A stretch of 64,000 nt of DNA from Fibrobacteria bacterium (GTDB taxonomy: Bacteria > Fibrobacterota > Fibrobacteria > UBA11236 > JADFYW01). A model generated the notes under the pieces. It saw only the letters and a list, made by a program, of their open reading frames with translations, was not told where the DNA came from and ran no database searches. The position numbers and the translations under genes were made by a program. Of this stretch, positions 19,962-29,458 are shown piece after piece (the stretch's first letter is position 1; the number at the start of each line of letters is the position of its first letter). Where the stretch lies: positions 32,001 through 96,000 of the forward strand of contig JBNKOC010000012.1 in NCBI GenBank assembly GCA_050294405.1, read 5' to 3'.

Positions 19962-20173
19962 AATGTTTTCCTTTGCGCCAGTTTGTGGGAAACTTGGATT
20001 TGGCTGATGCCAAACAAGGACCCGTTGTTATTGTTATACAACAAAATATTGGCTTAGGCCATAAAAGCGTGTAAAATTATTCAATAATAAGCGCTTAATT
20101 GGGTAAATTACGCATATAGTCCCCAAAATGAGCTGATTTTACCACCCAAACTAGGTTGAAATAGTCACTTTAT

Positions 20174-23100
20174 TTAGTCTTGAAGGGCGGAAAAATCGGC
20201 CACCTGACTTACCTGAGATTTTAATTTTTGGATGAGTCGTTGCCGGTTTTCTTTAATAGCCGGGTCGGGATCATTTATCATGGCTTTTTCAAAGAGGTTG
20301 TCTACCAAAGGCCTCATACCAGCCACACATTCTAAAGCCTCCACAAACTCACCCTTGGCCAAATGGGATTGAATGGCAGGCTCCATTTTATTGGAGGACT
20401 CCCACAATTCTTTTTCTTCGGCGCAAACAAAGGCCTCGCTTTTAGGTTCGCCATTTATGGTTTCTTTTAAAATGTTGGAGACACGTTTAAAGGTGGTGGA
20501 TACATTGCCAAAGTCCGCATGTTGGCGAAAGCTGTTCATGGCTTTTACCCTGTCGATAAAATTGTGGATGTTGTCCCAGCTTACATTGGCTTGTACCACG
20601 CTTTGGATAATGTCTGGAGGAATATCCCCAACATCAATATTTGGCCGTTTGGGTTCTTGTAATAATTTTTTAAGCCTTTGCAGGAAAAAATCCAAAATTT
20701 TTGCTTTCAAATCGGATTTTGATTTTTCCTCAATTAAGCTGCCGTAACTTTTGATGGATTCATCGATTAATTCGCTGATGTTTATGCCAAGTTCGTGTTT
20801 TCTAATAATTAAAATACAGCCAAGGCAGGCCCGGCGTATGGCGTAGGGGTCGGCCGAACCTGTGGGGCCTTTGCCCACGGAAAATAAGCCCACAATGGAA
20901 TCTATTCGGTCTGCAATGCCCACCAAGGAGGCTACCAGGCTGGGGCTTAAATCATCGGTGGCGTTTTTAGGTAAGTAATGGTCTTTGATGGCTGTGGATA
21001 CCTCGGCATCAAGGCCCTGTTTTTCTGCGTAAAAGCGGCCCACTTCTCCCTGTAAATCAGGGAATTCATATACCATAGCCGTGGTTAGATCTGTTTTGCA
21101 AAGTTTGCAGGCTTCTGATATTTGCTTTTTCAATTTTGAATTGGAGCTTTCTAGCTTATTCCCAAGAAAAAGAGCTGTTTTATCCATGCGCTGGGTTTTG
21201 TCCAAAACGCTTCCCAGGCTTTCTTCGAAATTTACTTGTGATAGTTTTGCTACTCTTTCTATTAAGGGCTGTTTTTGATCTTCCTTTAAGAAAAATTCGG
21301 CGTCAAACAAACGGGATACCAGCACATTCTCATAGCCCGATTTAACCACTTCTTCGTCTTTGCATTGGGTGTTAGAAATTGCAATAAAGCTGTTGTGAAG
21401 CTTATTATTGGAGTCCACTAAAGCTAAGTATTTTTGGTGCTCTCTCATTTCAGAAACAGCCACCTCTTCGGGAATTTCCAAGTACTTGGCGTCAAATTCG
21501 CCCAGCACTACAATAGGGTTTTCCACTAAAAAATTAACTTCATCTAAAAGGTCAGAGTCCTGCCTCCAGCTTAAACCTTTGGACTTGGCGCATTCTTCCA
21601 CTTTTTGCAAAATGACATTGCGGCGTTCCAAATGATTGGCATATACATGATGTTCTCTTAATGTATCGAAGTAATTTTCATGGTTAACTTCAATTTCATG
21701 ATTGGCCATAAAGCGATGCCCCATGGTTTTATTAGAGGACGATACCCCTGCAAATTCTGTGGGAATAATTTCTTTACCCAATAAAGCGACCAGCCACTGA
21801 ACCGGCCGTACAAAGGGAGTATTGTCTCCAAGGCCCCAACGCATGGTTTTATACCAGTGAATTTTGCTAAAAAGCTGTGGGATAAATTCGGATAATAGCT
21901 CTACTGTATTTTTACCTTTAACCATGGTTTCAGCGTAAAGGTATTCGCCTCCATCTATGGTTTTAATTTCTAGGTTATCAGGGTTCAATTTATTTTTTGC
22001 AGCAAATCCCAAGGCCGCCTTAGTCCAGTTTCCTTCTTTGTCTTTTGCAATTTTTGCGGGAGGGCCTTTTAAAACCAAATGTTTATCAGGCTGCTTTGTT
22101 TGAAGATTTTGCAGTTTAATGCAAATACGCCTTGGACTGTAATAAAATTCTGCCTCAGAACTTTCCAAGCCTAAATCTGCGAAATGTTTTTTCCAAAGCT
22201 GGGGCAAGTCTCGCATTAAACCGGGAAATACTTTTGCCGGCATTTCTTCCACGCCTAACTCAATTAAAAGGGGCGCTTTTTCTTCTTTAAGAGTTGGAAA
22301 TGATTTTAACAGAGCCTTATCTTGGGAAGCGGCAACTTTTCCCAATAAAGGGTAGCCTAAGGATTCCCTATTTTCCAGCCAACATTCGGCCACCTGCTTG
22401 GCCAACTTTCTGATTTTTAAAACATAGCCTTGTCGTTCATTTACAGAAATGGCATTGCGCGCATCTAAAATGTTAAAGGAATGGGAAGCCTTCATAGCAT
22501 AGTCTAAGGCCGGCGCTGGATTTTTTGCTTCGCAGAGGTTTTCGCATTCTTTTTCGAAAGCTTCGAATAATTTGTAGTGCATGGATACATCAGCCAATTC
22601 GAAATTGTGTTTGGAAAATTGAACCTCGTTTTGATGGAAGATATCGCCATAGCTGTATTTTTCATTAAACTCTATATCAAATACGCTTGATTTTTTTTGC
22701 AGGAACATACATATGCGCTCTAAACCGTAAGTTATTTCTCCGGTGATAGTGGGTAGCTCCAAACCTCCGACCTGTTGGAAATATGTAAACTGGGTAATTT
22801 CAGTGCCATCGCACCAAACTTCCCAACCAAGGCCCCAGGCTCCCAAAGCGGCGGTTTCCCAATCGTCGTGCACAAAGCGAATGTCGTGTTCATCGGGTTG
22901 AATTCCAATAGCTTTTAAAGAGCCGATGTATAGATCTAAAATGTCTTTGGGGTTGGGTTTTAAAATAACCTGAAATTGGTAGTAGTGCTGCATGCGAATG
23001 GGGTTGTCCCCGTATCGGCCATCCGCCGGGCGGCGGCATGGTTCTGCATAGGCGGCACTAAAAGGTTCTGGCCCTAAAGCTCGTAAAAAAGTAGTGGGGT

Positions 23101-23203
23101 TGAATGTCCCCGCTCCTTTTTCCACATCATAAGGTTGGGTTAAAAGACAGCCCTTTTCATTCCAATATTTTTGAAGGGTTAAAATTAAATCCTGAAAATA
23201 CAT
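20174..23203 (-). CDS. glyQS: Glycine--tRNA ligase, alpha and beta subunits fused
   Basis: Alpha part: [32 protein letters not shown]. Continues in frame into the beta part: [32 protein letters not shown]. Confidence 0.95.
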   Translation of the reverse strand: MYFQDLILTLQKYWNEKGCLLTQPYDVEKGAGTFNPTTFLRALGPEPFSAAYAEPCRRPADGRYGDNPIRMQHYYQFQVILKPNPKDILDLYIGSLKAIGIQPDEHDIRFVHDDWETAALGAWGLGWEVWCDGTEITQFTYFQQVGGLELPTITGEITYGLERICMFLQKKSSVFDIEFNEKYSYGDIFHQNEVQFSKHNFELADVSMHYKLFEAFEKECENLCEAKNPAPALDYAMKASHSFNILDARNAISVNERQGYVLKIRKLAKQVAECWLENRESLGYPLLGKVAASQDKALLKSFPTLKEEKAPLLIELGVEEMPAKVFPGLMRDLPQLWKKHFADLGLESSEAEFYYSPRRICIKLQNLQTKQPDKHLVLKGPPAKIAKDKEGNWTKAALGFAAKNKLNPDNLEIKTIDGGEYLYAETMVKGKNTVELLSEFIPQLFSKIHWYKTMRWGLGDNTPFVRPVQWLVALLGKEIIPTEFAGVSSSNKTMGHRFMANHEIEVNHENYFDTLREHHVYANHLERRNVILQKVEECAKSKGLSWRQDSDLLDEVNFLVENPIVVLGEFDAKYLEIPEEVAVSEMREHQKYLALVDSNNKLHNSFIAISNTQCKDEEVVKSGYENVLVSRLFDAEFFLKEDQKQPLIERVAKLSQVNFEESLGSVLDKTQRMDKTALFLGNKLESSNSKLKKQISEACKLCKTDLTTAMVYEFPDLQGEVGRFYAEKQGLDAEVSTAIKDHYLPKNATDDLSPSLVASLVGIADRIDSIVGLFSVGKGPTGSADPYAIRRACLGCILIIRKHELGINISELIDESIKSYGSLIEEKSKSDLKAKILDFFLQRLKKLLQEPKRPNIDVGDIPPDIIQSVVQANVSWDNIHNFIDRVKAMNSFRQHADFGNVSTTFKRVSNILKETINGEPKSEAFVCAEEKELWESSNKMEPAIQSHLAKGEFVEALECVAGMRPLVDNLFEKAMINDPDPAIKENRQRLIQKLKSQVSQVADFSALQD

Positions 23204-23304
23204 AGACTTGGCCAGGTTAAAGGTTTGATTTTATTGAAGGCATAAATTTAAAAAAAAGAAAAAAACATAGCTTAGTTTAGCCCATATTTCTTTTGGGAAA
23301 ACGC

Positions 23305-23340
23305 AAAAAAACGGTGGAGGTTCACATCCACCGCTTTTTG
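23305..23340 (-). terminator. Intrinsic terminator downstream of flagellin (possibly bidirectional)
   Basis: CGGTGGA-loop-TCCACCG stem flanked by an A-run and a T-run. Confidence 0.8.
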
Positions 23341-23369
23341 TGGGCTTAATATCCTTGTTGCGGCAAGGA

Positions 23370-24245
23370 CTATTGCAATAATGCAATTACACTATTCGGT
23401 GCGGCATTGGCCTGAGCCAACATTGCGGTGCCGGCTTGGGTTAGGATTTGCGCCCTGGAAAAATTTGTGGTTTCCTTGGCAAAATCCACGTCACGAATAA
23501 GTGATTCTGCGGACTGCATGTTAAATTCATTGCTGGCCAGGTTTTCTATGGCATTTTCCAAACGGTTTACCACGGCGCCTAGACCCGCCCTCATGTTATT
23601 TACTGAACCAATGGCTCCATCGATGGCAGTAATGGCCTCTGAAGCTGAGGATTGGCCTGTGATGGCACTGGCTCCGCTTCCAGAAAGAGTAAGTCCCAAA
23701 GCGCCAACAGTTACGGCACTGATGCTTACGGTAATGGAATCCGTGGTGCCGTTTAAGTTTCCTCCGTTATTGTTGGCGCCAATATGCAAAACCGAAGAGG
23801 CGCTTCCATCAGCTCCGAAACTTCCAGACTGACCGTCCAAAAGAGTTACCCCGTTATATTGGGTGCCAGTGGAAATTCTCTGCATTTCGCTCATTAGGTT
23901 TTGGAATTCCTGATTGGTGTATCCCCTTTCTGTGGTCGTGAGGGTGTCGTTTGAACTTTGAATGGCCAATTCACGCATTCTTTGCAGAATATCGGAAATT
24001 TGACCGGCAGCCCCTTCAGCTATTTGCAGCATGGCAATACCTTCTTCGGCGTTGCGAATGGCTTGGCTGCTGCCTCTAACCTGGGTTCTGAGGGTCTCTG
24101 ATACCGCTAACCCTGCAGCGTCATCCGAGGCTTTATTAATACGAAGACCAGTTGATAATTTTTCCAGTGAAGAAGACAACTGGCGTTCACTGCGATTGAT
24201 GGACATTTCGCCCATCATTGCTGAAATGTTATGATTTATACGCAT
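23370..24245 (-). CDS. fliC: Flagellin
   Basis: MRINHNISA, LSTGLRINKASDDAAGLAVSE, RMRELAIQS, IRDVDFAKE and MLAQAN motifs. Confidence 0.97.
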   Translation of the reverse strand: MRINHNISAMMGEMSINRSERQLSSSLEKLSTGLRINKASDDAAGLAVSETLRTQVRGSSQAIRNAEEGIAMLQIAEGAAGQISDILQRMRELAIQSSNDTLTTTERGYTNQEFQNLMSEMQRISTGTQYNGVTLLDGQSGSFGADGSASSVLHIGANNNGGNLNGTTDSITVSISAVTVGALGLTLSGSGASAITGQSSASEAITAIDGAIGSVNNMRAGLGAVVNRLENAIENLASNEFNMQSAESLIRDVDFAKETTNFSRAQILTQAGTAMLAQANAAPNSVIALLQ

Positions 24246-24250
24246 CGGAA

Positions 24251-24289
24251 ACCTCCATGTCCCGTTAATGACTAAACAATCCTTTGTTT
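24251..24289 (-). promoter_or_regulatory. Putative tandem CsrA-binding sites in the flagellin leader
   Basis: Minus strand AAACAAAGGATTGTTT (AGGA in a hairpin loop) and ACATGGAGGT overlapping the Shine-Dalgarno. Confidence 0.6.
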
Positions 24290-24405
24290 TGCCTTAGCTG
24301 GTTTTAAAACCAATTAAGTGGGAGTTAGCTTGGACCTGGAGAAAGAAGCGGCTGCGAAACTACTGCTTTCCCGTTATGAACGGTTCAAAATTTCTCCTAG
24401 TAAGG

Positions 24406-24432
24406 ATATCGGAGCTTCCTGGAAAAACTTTA
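24406..24432 (-). promoter_or_regulatory. Sigma28 (FliA) promoter of flagellin
   Basis: Minus strand TAAA-N15-TCCGATAT, matching the TAAA-N15-GCCGATAA consensus with exact spacing. Confidence 0.85.
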
Positions 24433-24454
24433 ATATTTTTTTTGATTTTTTTTC

Positions 24455-27199
24455 TTATCCCAAACTTTTCACCAAATTGGCGAATAAAACATCAGAAAGG
24501 GCATTTTTTCCCAATTTATCAAATATTAAAAACTGGTGAAAAATTATTTTTCCGGATTTGTAGGGGATAGAAAAGCTATTTAGAACTTGGTCTACCAGAT
24601 TGTTGTCTCGGTGGTCCTGCGAAATAATTAGAGCGCCTGAGGCGATTTCTGGATTTTCCACGGGTAGGAAAGACCAAAGAGGTAAAAGGTCTGCGTAAAT
24701 TTCTCCAGCCAATTTTTGGTTAGGCAGCCCTTCAAAAAAAGCATGGTTCAAGCAGTAGTTAAAATAACCAAAGGCTCCGCCACCATTTCGAATTAGTTCG
24801 AGTGGGAAATCCAATAGCTTCAGGTTATTAATTTGTTCCACGTCTTCAGGAGTGAGTGCCCCAAAAATTAAGCTATCGCCATTGGCAGCCTTTTCAAAAA
24901 GACCGGATAAAGTTTCTTTATCCATGGAAGCGGGGTTTGTGATAAGGTGGTTTTTCTCTTCTTTCCCCGCAGCATAGCTAATAGTATTGGGGAAATTTCC
25001 GATTAAGTTCACTTTTTTCAAATAGTCATCCAGTTCCACCTTTTGGGGAACAAAAAATACTTCTTCCTTTTTAGCAATTTCTTTTTTGCCTTCTGTTAGA
25101 GCTAAATCAAAAGTGAATTCACCCACTTCATTACCCACAGGGAATTTAAAACGGCCAATGGAGTTAAGGCCCCGTTTTGCCTTTCCAGGCATGGATTCCT
25201 GGTGCCAGATTCTGCCGTTAGGACCTTTAACCCGAACCAAAAGCCCGTAGTCTCCCAGGTTATCTTCATTGAGCAAAAATATTTTAATGGCTGCAGAAGC
25301 TCCCTGATATGGAGTGCGCAATTCGGCTTCGCTCATAATTTTTATGGGGGCATTCATTTTTTTAGCTTCTTCGAGAATGGGCTTGGGCTGGCGAAAATGA
25401 TCCACAAGGCCCCCAAATTCAAGGCCCCAATCGCTCCATTTCTCAAATAAAAATCCGGAAATTTGATTATTCATTCCCAGGGATTCTACATGTTTGGCGA
25501 CGCTATCAATAGTGAATTTTTCAGCTTCTTCGAGAAAGTCGGAAACTTTTTTCCAGATGCCAATTTTGGGGATTTCATTTTCCAATTCTTCTTTAAGGCG
25601 TATAAGCCATTTGTATTCCCTGGATTTGGAAAATTTTTTAGATACATCATGTTCAATGATGTTATCCAAAGTTCTGGGGGCTCCCATGCCGATTCCATCC
25701 ACCAAAACTTTTCCACCTAGTTCGTCTTTTAAGTAGTTATACCGTTCCCAGAAAGACTTGCCTCCATGTTTGTTGTCATTCAGCGTTTTTGCCTCTTTGG
25801 AAGTGCAGTAGTTGGCCATTAAGTACTGGGTTTTAACAGGTAGTGGGGCAGCCATTTTTAGACTGTGTGATTCAAAGGTTTCAATTTTTGTTTCGGTGGG
25901 GTTGTAAACTTTACCAATATCAATTTTACCAACTCCCATACTGTCCAGATGCACAGAGTTCAGGTTGGAAGCGATGGGGCGGTAGGGGTCGATGTCCGAA
26001 CAAAACCTCAGCAATTTGTTGCCGTTTTCTAGCGCCATGGAACCATTTTCAGAACCAATGGCCCACATCACTATACATGGATGATAACCGTGGTATTCCA
26101 TCATGCGTTTTAGAATTTTTTTCAATTCTTCCAGACTGTCCTTATTGGATTTTTGATTGTATGAGGGAGATTCCTGAATAACCAACAATCCTATTTCATC
26201 GCACAAATCCAGAATCTCGTTGGTTAAAGGCGTGCCGCCGGAGCGAATTAAATTAAACCCTGCGTTTTTAATATTGAGCAAATCTTCTTTATAGCTAAAA
26301 TCCATTGGGGCAATGGAGGTCAGGTAGGGGAAAATGGGGGTGTAAGTTACACCTTTTAAACGCACCACATCGTGATTGAGCTTGATCATGCAACGTTCAA
26401 TTTCCACACGGCGAAGTCCAAAACGCACTTCACGGCTGTAACAACCCAGTAAATCCACCTTTAAGTGATAGAGTTTTGGTGATTCCAAAGTCCAGATTTC
26501 GGCTTTATCAATATCAAAGGTGATGTTATAAGTGTCGTTTTCTTTTTCCAGCTTTACCAGTTTAGGAAGAGTTCCCCTGGTGCCGTCAGGTGCTGTTAAA
26601 GTGAACTCCATCTCGGCCTTAAAATTTTTGGGATTCCAAAATTTTATTTCGGCAGTCACTCTATCCGCTTCATAATCGGGAAAGCAATTGATATGACGGA
26701 TACCGGCACGGCCTCCCATAAGAAGGTGAAAGCCTCCGCGCAATCCGGCAAAAGGTGTTTTTTTATACATTGATCCGACTGGGAGTTCATTTACATTTCT
26801 GTCCCCAATGGCTTTTGCCTTACCCGGGGATTCCACGCGCATAGCTAAGAAATTTGTTTCACCTACTTTAACGCATTTGGATGCATCCAGGCGAAAAGGA
26901 ATTCCGCCACCCATTCGTTTACCTAAAAGTTCGCCGTTGAGCCAAATTTCTGAATAGTGATCTATGGCATCGAATTGCAAATAAAAGCGTTTGGGAGATT
27001 CGGCCTTGTCTACTTCAAAAGCCTTGTAGTAATAGGCTGCGTTTTGATTGGACCAATTTTTTTCCTGAGCCCAGGAATGGGGCAATTTGACCTTATGAGC
27101 TTGACTGGGGATGGTCATTTGCCAACCATCTAACATACCTGAATCGTCAGGTTCGAAGCAAAATTCCCAATCACCTTCAACATTCCATTGAATACTCAT
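24455..27199 (-). CDS. Glycoside hydrolase family 2-like protein, no signal peptide, divergent
   Basis: Sugar-binding N-domain (FDAIDHYSEIWLNG), WTLESPKLY, FGLRRVE, GFNLIR, LCDEIGLLV, HPCIVMWAIGSE. Confidence 0.78.
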   Translation of the reverse strand: MSIQWNVEGDWEFCFEPDDSGMLDGWQMTIPSQAHKVKLPHSWAQEKNWSNQNAAYYYKAFEVDKAESPKRFYLQFDAIDHYSEIWLNGELLGKRMGGGIPFRLDASKCVKVGETNFLAMRVESPGKAKAIGDRNVNELPVGSMYKKTPFAGLRGGFHLLMGGRAGIRHINCFPDYEADRVTAEIKFWNPKNFKAEMEFTLTAPDGTRGTLPKLVKLEKENDTYNITFDIDKAEIWTLESPKLYHLKVDLLGCYSREVRFGLRRVEIERCMIKLNHDVVRLKGVTYTPIFPYLTSIAPMDFSYKEDLLNIKNAGFNLIRSGGTPLTNEILDLCDEIGLLVIQESPSYNQKSNKDSLEELKKILKRMMEYHGYHPCIVMWAIGSENGSMALENGNKLLRFCSDIDPYRPIASNLNSVHLDSMGVGKIDIGKVYNPTETKIETFESHSLKMAAPLPVKTQYLMANYCTSKEAKTLNDNKHGGKSFWERYNYLKDELGGKVLVDGIGMGAPRTLDNIIEHDVSKKFSKSREYKWLIRLKEELENEIPKIGIWKKVSDFLEEAEKFTIDSVAKHVESLGMNNQISGFLFEKWSDWGLEFGGLVDHFRQPKPILEEAKKMNAPIKIMSEAELRTPYQGASAAIKIFLLNEDNLGDYGLLVRVKGPNGRIWHQESMPGKAKRGLNSIGRFKFPVGNEVGEFTFDLALTEGKKEIAKKEEVFFVPQKVELDDYLKKVNLIGNFPNTISYAAGKEEKNHLITNPASMDKETLSGLFEKAANGDSLIFGALTPEDVEQINNLKLLDFPLELIRNGGGAFGYFNYCLNHAFFEGLPNQKLAGEIYADLLPLWSFLPVENPEIASGALIISQDHRDNNLVDQVLNSFSIPYKSGKIIFHQFLIFDKLGKNALSDVLFANLVKSLG

Positions 27200-27275
27200 A
27201 TTTAATCCTTATTGTTTTAGTCAAAAATTGACAATCGTCGGTGAGAAAAGGGCAAAGATAAAAAAAAATCCCCAG

Positions 27276-28049
27276 TTATAAAATACGCATAAAAATCAAA
27301 AAAGCACAAATCAGAGTCCCCAGGCAAATAAAGGGCCCGAAGGGAAGCTGGGCATTTAAATCTCGGGAAGAAAGAGCTTTTGCTCCTATTGCGAATAAGA
27401 GTCCCAGCACAGAGGCCAGCATTAACCCACTTAGGGCAATAAACCAGCCCATTAAGGCCCCCGTCATGGCCACAAGTTTTACATCGCCAAGGCCTAAAGC
27501 CTCTTTTTGGGTTATTTTGCCCACAATCCAGCCTAAAAGGAAGATAAACACAGCCATACCAAAAGACGATAGGCAGGCCATATAAAAATCAAGACCCCCA
27601 GGAAAAAGAGCTAGGACAAGACCCAGCAAAACGCCAGAATAGGTTAAAAAATCTGGCAGCATAAAATGTTTAAAATCCGTGACCATTAGGGGAGGGGTCC
27701 AGAGAACCAAAATAAAAAAGCTGTAAAAGGCGCTGTGGGAGGGAATAAAACCCCACAGAAAATGGGCTGCGGCAAGGGCGGTACCCAAAAAAAAACTAAG
27801 GGCCTCAATCCAGATGTAATGGAGGCTGATTTGTGCGTGGCAGTGCCGGCATTTGGCACCAAGCCAGAGCAGGGAAAATATGGGAATGTTATCGTACCAT
27901 TTTAAGGGTGTTTTGCACTGGGGACAATGGGAGGGCGGTTTTAAAATGGATTCGCCCCGGGGAGCCCGATATACTAACATCCCAAAAAAGGAACCCAAAG
28001 CCAGGGAGACTATTCCATGGAGTCCTATTAAAAAAAGGCTTGGGCCCAT
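27276..28049 (-). CDS. pilD: Prepilin peptidase / N-methyltransferase (A24)
   Basis: PPSHCPQC, WYDNIPI, CRHC, LPD, GLGDVKL and LPFGPF motifs. Confidence 0.93.
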   Translation of the reverse strand: MGPSLFLIGLHGIVSLALGSFFGMLVYRAPRGESILKPPSHCPQCKTPLKWYDNIPIFSLLWLGAKCRHCHAQISLHYIWIEALSFFLGTALAAAHFLWGFIPSHSAFYSFFILVLWTPPLMVTDFKHFMLPDFLTYSGVLLGLVLALFPGGLDFYMACLSSFGMAVFIFLLGWIVGKITQKEALGLGDVKLVAMTGALMGWFIALSGLMLASVLGLLFAIGAKALSSRDLNAQLPFGPFICLGTLICAFLIFMRIL

Positions 28050-29054
28050 TTAACTTAAATTTCCTCCGCAGCTGCTTCCCGCCCCTGCGGTGCAGGCGTA
28101 GCAATGGCTGTTGATGGCTAGTTTGCGATTGAGAAAACCCTGCAAATTAAATTGGGAAATATGGTTTTGCCCATTTGCTTTTAAATCCAGCATTTGGTTA
28201 AAGTCGCAATCGTATACATAGCCCTCGTAGCTTATGGAAATTTGATGGCGGCACATGAGCCCTTCCAAGGTTGCAGGGTTGTAGGCGTTGGCTAAGGTTT
28301 CCATATAACTTTCGAATTTTCCACGGGCCACCAGGCTCATTAGAAAACGGTTGATGGGTATGTTATGTATGCAATAAAGATTATTAAATTCGATTCCGTA
28401 TTGGCTTTTTAATTTGTTTTTAAATTCGGGCTCTAATTCTGACTGCGGCGCGGACATAAAAAAACCGGCGGGGTTGTACACCAGGTGAAGGGGTAAGTTT
28501 TTTCCGTAACCCAGGGCGTTTAATTTTTTTAAGGCTAAAATAGATTTGTCGAATACCCCTTTACCTCTTTGCCTGTCGGTGGTGGAAGCCGCAAAATGGG
28601 GAAGGGACGCCACTATTTCCACCCGGTGCTGGGCCAGAAACTCGTAAAGATATTCGTATCCGGGTTCTTCCAAAATGGTGAGGTTGCATCTGTCCATAAC
28701 ATGCTTTCCCATTTTTTTGGATTCTTCCACTAAAAATTTAAACTGGCCGTTCATTTCCGGGGCTCCACCAGTTATATCCACGCATTTTACATTGGGCAGT
28801 TTTATAATTTCAAGACACTGCCGGGCGGTTTCTTCGCTCATGCTTTCCGTGCGGGTGGGGCCGGCATCCACATGGCAATGTTTACAGCTTTGGTTGCATT
28901 GCTTGCCCAAATTGATTTGCACTGTTTCCAAGGTAAGGGCAGACAGGCCATTTTCCGTTTCCGGTAGTTTTTCAAAAGCCGGTTCAAACTGGGAAAGGTA
29001 TTCCAGTTGGCTTTGCGTGGTTCTTAAGGCGTTGGCATCCATGTTTATATCCAA
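28050..29054 (-). CDS. arsS: Radical SAM protein, arsenosugar-biosynthesis ArsS family (Cys-rich C-terminal domain)
   Basis: CNQSCKHCHVDAGP, DITGGAPE, LMCR, YDCDFNQML and HCYACTAGAGSSCGG motifs. Confidence 0.88.
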   Translation of the reverse strand: MDINMDANALRTTQSQLEYLSQFEPAFEKLPETENGLSALTLETVQINLGKQCNQSCKHCHVDAGPTRTESMSEETARQCLEIIKLPNVKCVDITGGAPEMNGQFKFLVEESKKMGKHVMDRCNLTILEEPGYEYLYEFLAQHRVEIVASLPHFAASTTDRQRGKGVFDKSILALKKLNALGYGKNLPLHLVYNPAGFFMSAPQSELEPEFKNKLKSQYGIEFNNLYCIHNIPINRFLMSLVARGKFESYMETLANAYNPATLEGLMCRHQISISYEGYVYDCDFNQMLDLKANGQNHISQFNLQGFLNRKLAINSHCYACTAGAGSSCGGNLS

Positions 29055-29071
29055 TATATTGCTATTCCCGC

Positions 29072-29404
29072 CTACATGTTTAGGTCATCAATGTGGTTCA
29101 TCATTTGCACGCTGTGGACTAAGGTAATGCCTGCGGACATGGCAGCCGCCACGTGGACCGCTTCGTTCATTTGCTCTTCGTCTGCCCCTTTTTCCAAACA
29201 AGCAGTGGAATAGGAGTCAATGCAATAAGGGCATTTTAAGGCGTGAGAAACAGCCAAAGCTATCAAGGCTTTTTCCCGGGCGCTGAGAGCTCCTTCTTTC
29301 ATCACGCTTCGGTAATAGTCAAAATATTTATCACCCAACGCTTTATTCACTCTGGAAATGTTTTTGAATTTTTTTAAGTCTTCAGATTCAAAATAATGGC
29401 TCAT
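29072..29404 (-). CDS. AhpD/CMD-like protein of the type that accompanies arsS
   Basis: GALSAREKALIALAV, CPYCID and AGITLVH motifs; 17 nt upstream of arsS. Confidence 0.88.
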   Translation of the reverse strand: MSHYFESEDLKKFKNISRVNKALGDKYFDYYRSVMKEGALSAREKALIALAVSHALKCPYCIDSYSTACLEKGADEEQMNEAVHVAAAMSAGITLVHSVQMMNHIDDLNM

Positions 29405-29458
29405 GCTGGCTCCTTCCTAGAAGCTGTGTCCTAAGTTTTGGGATAATGTTACAATTTT

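Noticed and set aside
28050..28100. Selenocysteine recoding at the ArsS C-terminus
   Set aside because: The GSSCGG position is a normal TGC Cys codon and the ORF ends in TAA.
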